Shown one piece after another: positions 61,226-64,000 of a DNA stretch of 64,000 nucleotides. A program made the translations under genes and the position numbers. Source of the DNA: Marsupella aquatica (lineage: Eukaryota > Plantae > Marchantiophyta); NCBI GenBank assembly GCA_973895155.1, contig OZ316894.1, positions 24,922,709-24,986,708 on the forward strand, in the 5' to 3' direction. Under the pieces are notes generated by a model. The model was not told the origin of the DNA. It saw nothing but the letters and a program-made list of their open reading frames with translations, and ran no database searches. Position 1 is the stretch's first letter; the number at the start of each line of letters is the position of its first letter.

Positions 61226-61490
61226 CATGTCACTACCATAAGTCACTATAGAGGCTAGCGAAGAAAACAATTGTACACAAACCTTTGAAAAAACTATGGC
61301 TGGTTGTTTATACCCAAAAGCTATCATCCATAACTAGGAATGTCGCTACCACAAGTCACTGTAGAGGCTAGCCAAAAAAAACTTGTACACAACCCCTTGA
61401 AAAAGCTATGGCTGTTTGTTTATGGCCAAAAGCTAGCATCCATAACTAGGAAGCTTTGAGATGCTGTTATGGAAGCTTTGAGATGCCCTA
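61226..61490. repeat. ~115-bp tandem duplication
   Basis: TGTC.CTACCA.AAGTCACT.TAGAGGCTAGC...TTGTACACAA.CC.TTGAAAAA.CTATGGCTG...CCAAAAGCTA.CATCCATAACTAGGAA occurs twice. Confidence 0.82.
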
Positions 61491-64000
61491 ATATGTTTGA
61501 TGCGGGCAGTTGAGCCATTAGAGTCAAACCAAGGACTTTGGGGTCCGCTTCCAAATTAGCCCACTTCATCTTTTTGAGTCACAAACATGAAGGAAATTGT
61601 TAAAAAAAAAAATGGTGTCCCGTGTCTTGTTTATGGTGTTTTCTTCATAGGACAAAACAAGAAAACACAATATTGTAGCATGTACAACTCGAGCCCAGAT
61701 GTATCATCTCAGAAATTAGATTTGGATAGTATTTGATACATTTTTGACTTAGTCAGGGTGTCCTGAGGTAAAACATGGCTCATGAGTAAAGTATCAGCAA
61801 CAACACAATGACAAAGAAGCATCCTTTGCTACTCACGCTGTGCTTCTCAAAATTATATCCAAACTCAGTCAATCCCTTTCTCTTTTTGATATGAGCTAGG
61901 ATGATGACTTTACACAATCCATGGGGATGAGAAAGGACAATGTGGTCGGTCCAACTGACCTTAGCTTTTCATCACGGCCCTATGGTTTTATAGGAACCTG
62001 CATAAATTTTTATTTATTTTTCCTTGAATGGAACACTTTACTGATGAGAAAAACCCCAATAAAAACAGGGAACAACAGGCCCTAACCAAAAAGGAACACA
62101 GGCGAAAGACAAGTTTCATAAAATTCGCAAGAAGCCAAATCTCGAGGTCACTCCGTGACTGTCCTTCCAAGAGGAAAAGACAACTGATGGAGTACCGGTC
62201 ATAACGAACAGCACACTTTATCTTGTAGCGGATACCAGGGACGAAACGAAAAGGGGGCCAAATTTAGCAGTAGATCTGGGTACAGTTGAGACCGGCTCCG
62301 TTTTCTCCTGTACTACAGTCGACGGTGCCCCTAAACAGACAAACAGTACTCCGTAGTATCTTTTAGGCGATCTTGGCGGCGACCTCCACGGTAGGAATGC
62401 TAACACAAGGGGTTCCCTCAAAGCTCACCTCGTATTCTCTTGTGGCTGTAGAGTACGTACGCAGGACAAGACTGTGTTGACCGCCAAAGACAATTCAACG
62501 GTCGCCACAGTCCTGTAGCCTCCTTTTCACAACCGTCACCAAGGATACGGTAGTGGAGGACTCGTGTCTGGGCGAAGGAATCGTCCCTTTAGCTTTTCTT
62601 TCTTTCTTTCCTATCTTAACGGGAAAATATGAGTCTTTATTTCATGATGCCGAGGAAGAGAAGTGCCTATCCAGGAAACAGGATCCCAAGCACTGGAGAA
62701 TCAATAATAGAGTTTTCCACAAATTGCCAGAAGGCGGGTGAGTTTTTCATCATTTTGACTCCAGGCCGGGGTGATTAAAAGGGTTCCAACTTGATATGAA
62801 CTTGATATGATTGCCCTAGTGCTTCCAAAAGTGACTTTACCTTAAGACAGCCAGAATTCTTGTGTTCTATTTTGCGGGCTACCATACATTTAGAGTTCAA
62901 CTTTGTGAGCTGCCCCAGATGTCGTGGGCTGCCATGGATTTCAGAGTCACGAGCTCCATTCAATTGATTTCAAATATATTTCCTGACAGGACTGGTGAAT
63001 TGATCTACAATCATTCCTGATGAGTCTACAATGTTCTCCATGCACGCTTTGTGGATATGCACTGAATCCCACTTCAGCCTGCTCCTGGCAAGACTGCAAT
63101 GAAAGACTATGTTTCAATTATGTGAAGTAGTGTGAGTTCCATAAATTAGGGAGCAAAACAACTGTGGATCAGTTTCACCTCAACTATTCCTAGGCTGTTG
63201 GGTACTGATGAAAGACCCACCAAAGAAAATCCAAAGAAGGAGACGGAGAAATTTCTCAAAGGAAATTTTATTATCAAATAGGACTCCAATAAAACCATCC
63301 AAAAGGCAGCATAGGTGACTGTTAGCTCAACTTATGCCAAATGTGTCGGACACATATATAGACTAAAATAGTGATAAAGATACTCATAGACATTCAAATG
63401 CCTTCCTAGCCCACAAGAGCTCACTATGACTTCCAGTCTCAGGATAGAATAACATTCTGGCAAAGAAACCTGAAAAACTTGTAGTTGGGAGTCGCATCTG
63501 CTTTGAGGGGAAAACCCTCAGTTTTATATATTTTGTAATTTTTTATACGGTACCTAAGTATCATTATCCACACGTAAGCCACCACTGAGGACCATAATAA
63601 CATGTGCAGTGGAGACATGTCTGCAAAATCATTGCGGAACCCTTGAGATATATACATGAAGTGTGTGCGTAGTTGCTCACTTGTCTACCATTCTAGTGTT
63701 GTGAAGTAGCACTATTATGTTCTTTGTAACATCTGGAAGCAAATAAAAATATTTTTTCGCCATCAGGAATTGCAAACGAAGTTTACCAGTACGGTACGCT
63801 GTGGTCACCCTACCAGCCTTTTGTGGCCACTCCCCCTGTCCTACAAACTCCGGGAGTGCTAAATATTAAACTCCCACTTCTTAATTATTTGCTGGATCCT
63901 CTTTCTTTCTCCTATTTGCTGTAGTTGGACTCTTGGGTGTGTCACTTACTGTTATCTTTCAACTCTGTAGTTACTCATTGTCGTTTACCCTCATGACTGA

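Noticed and set aside
62500-63150. Possible decayed transposase on the minus strand
   Set aside because: Many stops in every frame and no identifiable catalytic motif.

Overview
Eukaryotic nuclear DNA from a land plant, probably a non-seed plant (taxon is inference from GT-AG introns and plant-type proteins). Seven host genes are supported: complex I subunit NDUFA1/MWFE, a GDSL esterase/lipase, an intronless ALE2-like receptor kinase, an intronless METTL21-like lysine methyltransferase, an alpha-amylase with a long transit-peptide-like N-terminus, plastid ribosomal protein S13, and HUS1. Between them are many transposons: a 5'-truncated L1-type LINE with a 17-bp TSD, a foldback MITE, a 3.46-kb non-autonomous Helitron carrying a solo LTR, a decayed Copia, two MITE families sharing CTCGGGGG-type ends and 8-bp TSDs, and a very young full-length Copia whose gag and pol are separated by one in-frame TGA. 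The most notable signal is two diverged, same-strand remnants of a Crypton-like (DUF3504-type) tyrosine recombinase (about 40.1-47.8 kb and 50.5-51.0 kb). Both have N-K-S-G-R in place of the canonical H-x-x-R. The first becomes readable only after removing the Copia and a MITE that inserted into it. All calls were made by eye; no database searches were run.
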